From assembly GCA_963837175.1 (NCBI GenBank), contig CAWIMJ010000013.1, forward strand, positions 1-64,000: DNA of 64,000 nucleotides. Direction: 5' to 3'. Source of the stretch: an uncultured Nitrososphaeraceae archaeon. GTDB taxonomy: Archaea > Thermoproteota > Nitrososphaeria > Nitrososphaerales > Nitrososphaeraceae. The translations under genes were made by a program, and so were the position numbers. The notes under the pieces are model-generated. The model did not search any database. It was not told where the DNA came from and worked only from the letters and a program-made list of their open reading frames with translations. This document shows positions 23,099-32,922 of this stretch, in pieces; position 1 is the stretch's first letter; every line of letters begins with the position of its first letter.

Positions 23099-23320
23099 AT
23101 GAAAAAGGAAAGAGGACAAGAAGGAGAAAAAGAACCAGCTACACCATTATTAAAAATAATGAAGATATGCTGCATAACAGAATAGCCAAGAAGAAGGTAT
23201 AGACAGACAAGTACCATGAAATAGCAGAGACAGACAGGATATGGACAGAAATAGATAGAGACATTGCAATGGGTGCTATCGCAGAGTCTTAGTATCAGAA
23301 GACGACTAGGATAGAGTGAA
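23099..23320 (+). pseudogene. Small-protein family copy B
   Basis: Reads PLLKI(.)EDMLHNRI...IWTEI..ETLQWVLSQSL across frameshifts. Confidence 0.45.
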
Positions 23321-23659
23321 TGAAGCAAGAAAAAGAAGATACTATTACTACTAGAAATAATAGACTATTATTACTATTATGATATTGTCTTTTTGACTAT
23401 CTTCTTGTGGCTATTTTATTAGGTCCTTCTATTATTTGGTTTAATAATAATACAATAATAATCAAATAAATAATTGTTATTGATGAAAATAAATAAAACT
23501 TTTTATTGTGATCTATAATAAATTCTTAAAGATACATATTGGCAAAAGCTACAAAGTCAAAGAGTACTGTAAAAAGCAAACCAAAAAAGAAGTAGTATAG
23601 TAATAAATAAATCTTTTATTTATTAACCAATTCAATTTATTTTAGCGCGTCGATATCAC

Positions 23660-24430
23660 TTAGATTTGTGCCATACCTCCATCAACGAACAGTTCTATAC
23701 CGGTGACATAACTGCTGTCATCTGACGCGAGGAACGAGACTGCTTTTGCGACTTCATCAGGACTGGCCATCCGCCCCATCGGCACGGCGGATACAATGCT
23801 TGTCTTGAGCTGCTCGATCTGTTCTTCACTCTGTGCCAGGCCATTGAAGATCGGTGTGTCTATCGGACCAGGACTGATGGCGTTGACTCGGATCTTGCGG
23901 TGTTTGAGCTCGACAGTCCAGGTGCGAGCAAACGATCGTATGGCTGCCTTGGTTGCACTGTAAACAGTTGACGTCTCCATTCCTTTGGATGCAGCGATCG
24001 AAGCATTCAGAATGATAGAACCGCCACCGTCGTCCTGAAATAGCGGAAGCGCTTTTTGCACAGTGAACAGAACCCCTTTCACATTGATCCCGAACGTCTT
24101 GTCAAAGTGAGCTTCGGTAATTGCCTCCAATGGGGCTAATTCGGCAATGCCGGCGTTAGCGAACAGAATGTCGATGCTGCCCTTCTGCTCCTTCACTGCG
24201 GCATACAACCGATCAAGATCTGCTAGATTTGAGACGTCACCCTGAACACCGGTGACGTTGTTATTATTGTTTTTGCCAATCTGCTTGACTGCTGCATCGA
24301 GTTCACTTTGGCGGCGACCGGTGATGAAAACATATGCGCCTTCCTCTGATACGAACTGCTGTGCCGTGGCAAGGCCTATGCCGCTAGTTCCTCCTGTGAT
24401 GACTGCGACTTTTCCTTCAAGTCTTTTCAT
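23660..24430 (-). CDS. Short-chain dehydrogenase/reductase
   Basis: [17 protein letters not shown] and [11 protein letters not shown] motifs; visibly GC-rich. Confidence 0.95.
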   Translation of the reverse strand: MKRLEGKVAVITGGTSGIGLATAQQFVSEEGAYVFITGRRQSELDAAVKQIGKNNNNNVTGVQGDVSNLADLDRLYAAVKEQKGSIDILFANAGIAELAPLEAITEAHFDKTFGINVKGVLFTVQKALPLFQDDGGGSIILNASIAASKGMETSTVYSATKAAIRSFARTWTVELKHRKIRVNAISPGPIDTPIFNGLAQSEEQIEQLKTSIVSAVPMGRMASPDEVAKAVSFLASDDSSYVTGIELFVDGGMAQI

Positions 24431-25594
24431 GAATAATGAACCACAGTTAACTCATTTAAGCAGAATGATTGAAGTTAAGGTTGCTCATTAGAATGATTAA
24501 TTTACTTCATCTTCTGTGCTAAAGGTTTTTGGCTCAGCTCCTTATTTCAGAGACAAAATTGAATCCAACAGGCAGGTATATGAAAAGAGGTCAAGGACTT
24601 CATGACAATTTCATATAATTTTGGTTTTCTTATCTTTAATCTATAAACTCTTAATGGTTTGTATCCGGTCTTTATTATTTGAGTCAATTCGTATTTGGTA
24701 CGATAATTGAAGTCCTCATCCAACTATCGGTTCACCTATAGATTGTTTTACAAGGTTTATTTTTATCTTTAATCAATTAATCACTTATCACAGGTTTTCA
24801 GTCCAAGAGGATATTTTTATCTCTCGATAGGTAGGAGTATAAATGAATACAAGTATATACTTCCCACCGCGTACTATATCTGGTTATATTCTACTTAATG
24901 TGTTGATTTAAGGTTGTTGTTGAGAATTACAAGTAATAGATTAGGATAATCTGTACACTAATTATGATATAATGACAAGGCTTGAAAATGCATAAACTAA
25001 ACTCTTCTAATAAATAAATTCAAGATAAAATTGACAATTGCAAGACATACCAAGAGTAATGAACTAATCCCTATCCAAAATCAAGTATGGAAAGATATTA
25101 AACAGTAAGAGTATATCTCCCTATCTCTATTCATTGCTTCAATAGTTATATTTTGTCATACGCGAATGGTTTCTAATATTTCAGATAAAAGAATAGAAAA
25201 ACCACTGCAATGTTTCTATCTCCATCCATAGACTGTAAATATATACTCTAATATTAGAATATGAATTTATTTGGATTCTCTCTTCAATCCCTCAAGACAT
25301 ATCATATTTTGACTTCAGCTGAAAGTGAAGCAAATAAGAAGGAAGAAAAAGGTAATTAAATTATTTTGCAACCGCTATACAATCATCAACTTCCTATAAA
25401 AGTTATATTATATTGCTATCTAGAAGTATTGCTATTCTGTTGCTATGGAGATATGTGATAGAGAGAAGTTATTCATTAAGATATCCCATATTTCAAGAAC
25501 TTCTATGAGATTAAGATGAATTAGTATCGGTCTTATAATTACCCTATCGCAGTTCATTACATCTATGCAATATTTAAAATAGATTAAAGATAAT

Positions 25595-26263
25595 TTAAGC
25601 TTTGAATGCCCTACTAAGCATAATTAATTCAGGACCGCTAGTCAAACTTCCAACAATCACAGATTTTGAATTTGCAATAATTCCTGACGATACAAATGGG
25701 ACTCCTCCATTAACGGTTACAGGTTCAACTTCTACTTGTAATGCTTCAGCAATTACTTTAATCTCTTCTTCTGTACACCTTGGATGCACTACTGCCCCTG
25801 TATTAGTAGATACAACCATTGATCCCGTCTGAACAAATCCCCCAACTGTCATAGAATGAACCGGTACACCCAATATGTCTTGAACCTGTTGGTCTATTTC
25901 ACCTTCAAAAAGAGGGGATAGCAGTGCACCGTTATCATTAGTTGAAATCAAATTTCCTATTGCTGTAAATTTACTGTTTAAACGCTCAACGTTAAGACCA
26001 CTTGCTTTTCTAAGAATATCAATCTCGTCGTCTGAGGCAATGGATGGAACTAAGATTCCATTGTTATTCATTACAGCCATGGGACCGATGAGTCTTGTGC
26101 CACCTATGGAGGCATAGACTTCATTTTCTACCTGTAAATATTCCATCAGTTTAATAGTCTTTGTTTCAGCAAAACCAAAGGGCACTATTATTATTCTATC
26201 ATTAGCTCTTACAAATAATCCAATATTGGGGCTTTTATATACATCATATTTGTAAATTCCCAA
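25595..26263 (-). CDS. eif6: Translation initiation factor 6 (aIF6)
   Basis: SPNIGLF, TAIGNLISTNDNGA, VHP, TVNGGVPFVSSG, TSGPEL. Confidence 0.93.
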   Translation of the reverse strand: MGIYKYDVYKSPNIGLFVRANDRIIIVPFGFAETKTIKLMEYLQVENEVYASIGGTRLIGPMAVMNNNGILVPSIASDDEIDILRKASGLNVERLNSKFTAIGNLISTNDNGALLSPLFEGEIDQQVQDILGVPVHSMTVGGFVQTGSMVVSTNTGAVVHPRCTEEEIKVIAEALQVEVEPVTVNGGVPFVSSGIIANSKSVIVGSLTSGPELIMLSRAFKA

Positions 26264-26540
26264 ATGTTAAATTTTTATAAAAATGTGCATATGAACCTAT
26301 GGATTTTGTGATTTTCTGAAAGAAGATTATGCAGTTGCAGACATGATAAGGTATATAGACTTAAGCCAGACTTATAGTAAAATTTTTTTCTTGACAAATA
26401 AAAAGATTATAAGTAATGCCATATAGCACCTCAAGAATCGAGTAGCTATTAATCCACTTGGGCAATTTATAATAAGGATTAACTTCTTAATCTTTATTAT
26501 AGAACCTTTTCGTTAGATAGAAAGGAGATCATGAGATAAT

Positions 26541-27480
26541 ATGACCACTAATCAGTTTTACAATAGAGACATTGTTTCAATTAAGGATTTCAACAAGCAA
26601 GATCTTGAATTTATTTTCTCCACTACAGATAAAATTAGTGGCCTGAAACCAAATGAAAAGAGTGAACTTGGAAAGGGAAGAACACTTGGATATATCTTTT
26701 ATGAACCTAGCACCAGAACTCGAATGAGTTTTGAGGCGAGCTATGGCATCTCTAGGTGGAAGTTCTATTGGTATCTTTGATCCTAAATCCTCTTCTATTG
26801 AAAAAGGGGAGAGTCTTGCTGATACTATTCGAACAATGGATCTTTACTCTGATGTCATTGTATTACGACATCCACTTGATGGTTCAAGTAGATTTGCAGA
26901 AGAATTATCCAAGAATCCAATAATTAATGCAGGCAGTGGAAGTGAAGAACACCCTACACAAGCAATGCTTGATCTGTATACAATAAATAAAGAAAAAAAG
27001 AAAATTGATGGTCTTGCGATAAGTATTGTTGGCGATTTAAAATATGGAAGAACAGTATATTCATTATTATATGGTCTGGCAAATTACAAGGTAGATGTTC
27101 ATTTAGTGTCGCCTCCTACCTTATCAATCAGAAAGGAATCCATTTATGATATTGAGAATAAATTAAATATTTATGAGCACAGCCAACTTGACGATGATCT
27201 TTTGTCTAAACTTGATGTAATTTATGTCACGAGAATACAAAGAGAGCGTTTTCCGGATTTACAAGAATATGAAAAAGTACAGGGTACATATACCATCAAT
27301 AGTGAAACACTCGAGAAGTCAAAATCAGATGTCTCCATAATGCATCCAATGCCTAGGATGGAAGAGATTTCTCACTCTATTGATAATACAAATAATGCAA
27401 TCTATTTCAAACAGGCTGCATATGGTAAGGAATTGAGAGCGGCTCTGCTTACATTAATATTAAACGAAAGCGTAGTATAA
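26541..27480 (+). CDS. pyrB: Aspartate carbamoyltransferase catalytic subunit, with a single-base frameshift near 26739
   Basis: FYEPSTRTRMSFE, KGESLADT, EHPTQ, GDLKYGRTV, TRIQRERF, HPMPR; removing one G restores the frame. Confidence 0.93.
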
Positions 27481-28282
27481 AAGAAGTAGTATTAAATATG
27501 AGAAAAATAGGGCGGCATATTTTTTTGCCAGTCAAATAATGTTCTATCTTTATCTTATTAGGATGAAAAACCTTTATCTTAAGATATGTAATTTGAATTG
27601 TTAATATTTGACAGTATATTCGAATGTGTCTTGTCCACGTGTTTTGTCTATGCGATCTAGTTTAGAGCGATCTACAATATTAAGTTATAATACAAAACAG
27701 TAGGCTTTAGAACTAGTAAACTAATGGGCATATCTCCCAAAAACGTTACCAATCAATAGCAATAACAATTAGCTAAAAAATAGTTATAAGTCACAGATCA
27801 AGAATGTGTCAGTATTTACAACAGTTTGATATAATGTACTATAATTGTATCAGAGAGTGTGTGTATTGCATGTGAGTATAGATATCTTGTGATACTTATC
27901 AAACCTTTTATTATCAATGATCATAAAACTACTCATAAGCAACAAACTGATGCGTTCTTTCTACTAAATATGAAAAACGAGCAGTAATTTAGCAGTAGTT
28001 GGTTCCATCACAACAACAATAACAATGTAAATCCAAAAATAATAATAATCTTTCCTGTTTCTACCTGAATCTCATAACAACTGTAATGAGTATAGTATAA
28101 ACAAAATAGCTTTTGTAGATGGCCATCTATTTCTTTTTGGATATATCAATATAACAAATAGGGTATATGCTCAGCAAACCCCTTTCCTTAGGTCAACAGA
28201 CCCTCAAATTCTATACATGATTATAAGGGTTATATAGATATAATTTTAAATCGAGTTGTTAATAAGATGATAATACCTCATA

Positions 28283-28885
28283 ATGATCTCTAATTTAGAA
28301 GGAGAGCAATTAGTAAAATTGGCACGAAAAGCTGTACAGAAATACCTCGGAGAGTCTGTTGATATTGACATTGATAGCCTCGAAAGGTTTTCACAGAAGA
28401 CAGGAATATTTGTTACATTAACCTCTGTGAGAAGCAAAGAAGAACAACTAAGAGGGTGTATAGGTTTTCCTCTTCCTGAAAAAAAATTGTATCAATCGGT
28501 CGTTGAAGCGGCTATTGCGGCAGCTACACAGGATCCAAGATTCATCCCAGTAAAGAAAGAAGAACTAGCAAGCATAATTTTTGAAGTTAGTATACTTACT
28601 CCACCTGAAGAAATTAGAGTTCAAAATCCAAATGAATTTCCAAGCCATATCAAGCTTGGGAGAGATGGTTTACTCCTAAGATGGAAATATGGTACAGGAT
28701 TACTCCTTCCACAAGTTCCCATAGAATTGAAGTGGGATATTTATGAATATCTTGCAAATATTTGCTTCAAATCAGGCGCTCCACCTGATGTGTGGTTTAT
28801 GCCGGAATCAAAGCTTTATCGGTTTCAAGCAATTATATATAAAGAATCTGTCCCTAATGGGACAGTAATAAGAGTTGAACTGTAG
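28283..28885 (+). CDS. AMMECR1-domain protein
   Basis: GIFVTL, LRGCIG, DPRF, EVSILT, GLLLPQV. Confidence 0.93.
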   Translation: MISNLEGEQLVKLARKAVQKYLGESVDIDIDSLERFSQKTGIFVTLTSVRSKEEQLRGCIGFPLPEKKLYQSVVEAAIAAATQDPRFIPVKKEELASIIFEVSILTPPEEIRVQNPNEFPSHIKLGRDGLLLRWKYGTGLLLPQVPIELKWDIYEYLANICFKSGAPPDVWFMPESKLYRFQAIIYKESVPNGTVIRVEL

Positions 28886-29290
28886 CCAGGAATTGTCATG
28901 ACTGTAGCGTCCCCGGGCTATATTTAGTATTTCTAAACGTATTACCAATCTTTCCAGGACTATGTGAGATGATTATCTGAAAATGATTGATCAGCAGGTG
29001 CCCGAATTGATAGCGCGATCAAATTAAAATGTCTTTAAGAAGACGATGAGTAAACTATAATTTTTAAACCTTCTTGCTTCAGAAGTTCAGAGAGACATCA
29101 GAGAAGAGCAGAATATAGGCCAAGAATAGAAGCAAGTGGAAGGATTGCTAATTCATTGTGAAAGCTAACCTTAGATTTTTATATATTACAAACGTTAGGC
29201 AACTTTTACAGTTCTTACAAAATATATTTGGAAAGATGATGATAGAGGTGTGAACTAGTAAGTTAACCTATTCATGCTAGGTATGTTTGC

Positions 29291-30895
29291 TTAACCTATG
29301 CCAATAGATGCAAATGCCAAGTGCTTGAATTTTGACCTGTCGAGCATTCCCCGACCATCGTAAAGTGGGATTCCACCAAGATCAGCAGGTGTCAAAGTTC
29401 GATACTCTGGATGATCTGCAATAAGCATTATTAAATCTGTACCTTGTATAGCTTCATTTAGATTTGATGTCAGAATAATATTATTCTGTTTTCCTGATAA
29501 AGCAGGATCATTAATTACCAAAGGATCATGGACACGAATCTCTTTTACTTTCATCCGTTTCTGAAATTCATCAATGACCTTATAAGTAGGTGATGAACGT
29601 GTATCTGAAACTCCCCCTCTAAAGGCAAGACCAAGTAAAGTGATAATAACTTCATCCATCCCCTTATTTACAAAACTTCTTTTTTTCAACTGTTCTCTTC
29701 CATGCTTTTTGATATTGTTCTTTTCTTCTTTTCCTTCTTCTAGTAATTCTATGGCCTGTTCTACACAATAAGCAGCCATAGAATCGTTGATATTTCTGCT
29801 CATGCGAGTAATACTACAATCGATCTTCATCCTATCTGCAGTATGAAGTATAAATTGGGGATAAATAGGTATACATGCACCGCCAACACCTACACCTGGT
29901 TTATGGATATGGCAGAATGGTTGGGAGTTTGCCGCGTTCCTTGCTTCCCAAAAATCAACACCTACTTTTTCACAGAATTTTGCAAGTTCATTTGCAAGAG
30001 CAATATTTACATCCCGATATACTCCTTCAAGCAGCTTTTCGGTTTCAGCAGTTCTTATACTACTCATTGCTATTACACCTTTCTTAAATATTATAGAGTA
30101 TATCCTGACCCCTATATTGATACTTCTAACACCAGTTCCTGAGACTATTGCTGGATATCTCTGCTCGATATCTTCTATCGCCCTTCCTTCATAGATTCGT
30201 TCCGGATTGTATATCATGTAAAAGTCTGTTTCGGCTTTAAAACCACTTTCTTTCTCTAGAATTGGTAATACGATCTCTTCAGTTGTTCCCGGAGGAACAC
30301 TAGGATTTAGAGCTACAACATCAAACTTTTTCAATCCTTTTCCAATTGATGTTGCTACATCCTTTATCGCTGTCAAATCCGCTGATCCATTTGCAGCTAA
30401 CACTGGTACGCAAATCATTTTAAAATACGAATCTAAAGATGCTTTTACTAAGTCTTCATATATCTTGAAACGATTGTCCTCTATACCCTTTGTAAATGCC
30501 TCATTTACCCCTGGTTCTAGTTGGAGATGCGTCTTTCCTATTCTTGCATTTTTTAATACCTTTGAAGATTTATCGACTCCTATAACATGTGCTCCTCGTC
30601 GAAGCCATACAGAAGCTAGTGGAGCACCAATATGTCCTAAACCATAAACTGCTATTTTAAAGGCACCAGATTTTATTTTCTTTTCGATATCTTTTGGGCT
30701 GTATCCATATTCATAACCATAATTGTTGTTATGGTTATTGTTATTGACATCACTACTGCTTCTGGCACTATTGTTATTAACAATAATATTATTGGTATGA
30801 TCACCAGTTTTATTGATATCAGAGTTAGTAGTGGTAATATTAAAAGTAGTATTAGAAGAATATAGAGTTGGTTTCATACGACTTTTAGTTTTCAT
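29291..30895 (-). CDS. UDP-sugar (UDP-GlcNAc/ManNAc-type) dehydrogenase
   Basis: GLGHIG, SVPPGTT, PERI, KLLEGVYRDVNIALANE, GGACIP, DTRSSP; the N-terminal Asn-rich extension makes the start uncertain. Confidence 0.9.
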   Translation of the reverse strand: MKTKSRMKPTLYSSNTTFNITTTNSDINKTGDHTNNIIVNNNSARSSSDVNNNNHNNNYGYEYGYSPKDIEKKIKSGAFKIAVYGLGHIGAPLASVWLRRGAHVIGVDKSSKVLKNARIGKTHLQLEPGVNEAFTKGIEDNRFKIYEDLVKASLDSYFKMICVPVLAANGSADLTAIKDVATSIGKGLKKFDVVALNPSVPPGTTEEIVLPILEKESGFKAETDFYMIYNPERIYEGRAIEDIEQRYPAIVSGTGVRSINIGVRIYSIIFKKGVIAMSSIRTAETEKLLEGVYRDVNIALANELAKFCEKVGVDFWEARNAANSQPFCHIHKPGVGVGGACIPIYPQFILHTADRMKIDCSITRMSRNINDSMAAYCVEQAIELLEEGKEEKNNIKKHGREQLKKRSFVNKGMDEVIITLLGLAFRGGVSDTRSSPTYKVIDEFQKRMKVKEIRVHDPLVINDPALSGKQNNIILTSNLNEAIQGTDLIMLIADHPEYRTLTPADLGGIPLYDGRGMLDRSKFKHLAFASIGIG

Positions 30896-31419
30896 AAGAT
30901 GTATTTTATTATTATATTTATATTATATATCATGCGCTTGAACGTTGTTCTTTTATTTATTGCATGTAAATGAGATTTGAATTATCTTTATATATTATAC
31001 TCTTTCCCAATTGGAATTATATTATGCCTCAATAAGCTGAATAAGACTAATAGATAATATAATTACATTATAGCTAATGCAATCGGCAATAATTGTTCAT
31101 ATTAGATATCATCTTATTATCTAGTGTTTATAGTAACGATCTTTTAAGATGTTACATTTCTTTGCAATAGGCAATAATATAGTTATTCTTTTGTAACTGA
31201 GGATAGTAATATACAAGTTTATGGTTTGTTCAGAGCAGCCTAATAAGTGAAGTTGCATAAGAAAAGGATATGTACTTTCAACCACATCATAGTTTATGGA
31301 TTAATTTTATGTGAGTAATATATATCTGTTCTAAAATTATGTTGATAAGTATTATATAATAAAATAATATATATAAATGAAGTTAAGGTTATTATACTCT
31401 TCTTACAAATTGATTTAAC

Positions 31420-31435
31420 AAAAAAGACTAAATAT
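31420..31435 (+). promoter_or_regulatory. Putative BRE/TATA element driving the candidate ncRNA
   Basis: Purine run AAAAAAG followed by CTAAATAT, about 20-27 bp upstream of 31455. Confidence 0.4.
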
Positions 31436-31454
31436 CCTCCATACACATAAATAT

Positions 31455-31692
31455 TGTTCGATTAGCCGAAAGAGAAGAATGATACATCATATAGGTCTAG
31501 GTTGCAAGTAAAGGCTTGCAACTCCCACGGGAATGATGATATGTCGTCTTAGGCTAGTAGGTTAACCTGTATTCTTAAATGATGCAGGGGAGTCCAAGTC
31601 TAAGTTGATAAGAGTATACCACAGGGCTGCTTTGGAACTTATCGTAGTAGTCTTGCAGGGAAAACTACATGTCTTCGAATGCTAGTCGAACA
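31455..31692 (+). ncRNA. Candidate structured non-coding RNA (~240 nt), family unknown
   Basis: Terminal helix TGTTCGATTAGC/GCTAGTCGAACA, at least five internal stems, G-U pairs favouring the + strand, locally raised GC, no ORF. Confidence 0.6.
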
Positions 31693-31958
31693 TTACTTTT
31701 CTTATACTTATTCAATATATCATTACGCCTTAGTACAAAGGATGAGTTTTTGCTGATAGTTTATCCTTCCTCTCCTTTTGTTTTCTGGGTTGTGCCTATA
31801 AACTATTCATTGTATTATTATTTTATTATTTTATTATTTTTCGTTAATATTGCAAAATCGTATTAATTATAATACCGAAGTAATTACATTACTGTATATT
31901 ATTACATTTTATTTCCTGTGCGTTTTCCTTTTTATCTGTAGTTGGAATGCCTGTTTTG

Positions 31959-32189
31959 TTAGGTTATTAAGGCGGCACCAAACTTGCGATACAGAGTTTT
32001 TCCTTCCCTTGTAACTAAAAAAATTCTATTCGGTGGAATAATTTCAAAATTCTCCGAAAGCTTTAAGAATTCTGGCAACGACACCTTAATGATAGAGTTA
32101 AATTCGCGATAGCTTACTGAATAGAGGCCAGCATTATCTGCATACAAAGCTTTACTAAAAATTTCTTTGAGTCGACCTTTCCGCGTCAT
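31959..32189 (-). CDS. DUF504-like small protein
   Basis: Basic 76-aa ORF with Y-R and IP.NRI motifs. Confidence 0.6.
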   Translation of the reverse strand: MTRKGRLKEIFSKALYADNAGLYSVSYREFNSIIKVSLPEFLKLSENFEIIPPNRIFLVTREGKTLYRKFGAALIT

Positions 32190-32922
32190 GTTTTAAATTT
32201 TATTATCGTTTCTTCCATTGCGAATGTTGTCGACATTATCTTAATTATAATATTAGTATATAGGTTCATAACATGTATTGACTTGACATAATATATAAAA
32301 TTTCATAGAGGGCGCATAAAATCTTGTATATGAAGTATGATAGTATATTTAAAAACAACTTTTTTTCTACTGCTCATGCCAATACCCAATGAGATATCGA
32401 ATCCAAAAACACTTATGTATTGGCAAACCTAAATGGAAGGCATATGTTAGATTTGGTATACTTACGCTTCTGATGGATAACTATCAGATATGTAAATTAT
32501 ATGAAACAAAATCAATCTACTTCTTCATAGTTTTTCTCTGTATCTATAGGTAAGGTAAACTAATTACACAATAGATTAACATATGGTTATGATCTCCCCA
32601 CTGTGTAGTAGAGAAATGAAATGATTAGATATACTATTTTTCGTTTCAAAGCTTGGTAATCTGAATTGGCTACCTTGAATAACCTGGCCTATATCTTATA
32701 TTGCCGTTGTCATTATGCTAGCATAAAACCATTTTATAGGTATGGCAGACAATCATAGACTTTATATCTGTTGGTCATTCTATCCCAGGAATTAGTATTA
32801 TATACTAGAAATGATATCATATTAATGATTTAGTAATACTTTTAGTACTGCTTAATAATAAAATATTATATATAGTATGTAGAGCTAGCTTTTTAAACTA
32901 AAATCTTCCAATAAAGAAAGGG

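Noticed and set aside
28890-29050. Several short hairpins and ATGA/CTGA words after the AMMECR1 gene, as a possible C/D sRNA or ribozyme
   Set aside because: Stems are only 5-7 bp, box spacing does not fit C/D guides, and there is no hammerhead core.
32200-32922. Possible cobalamin riboswitch upstream of nrdJ
   Set aside because: No B12-box or GGGAA/CCCC core visible; the region is uniformly AT-rich.
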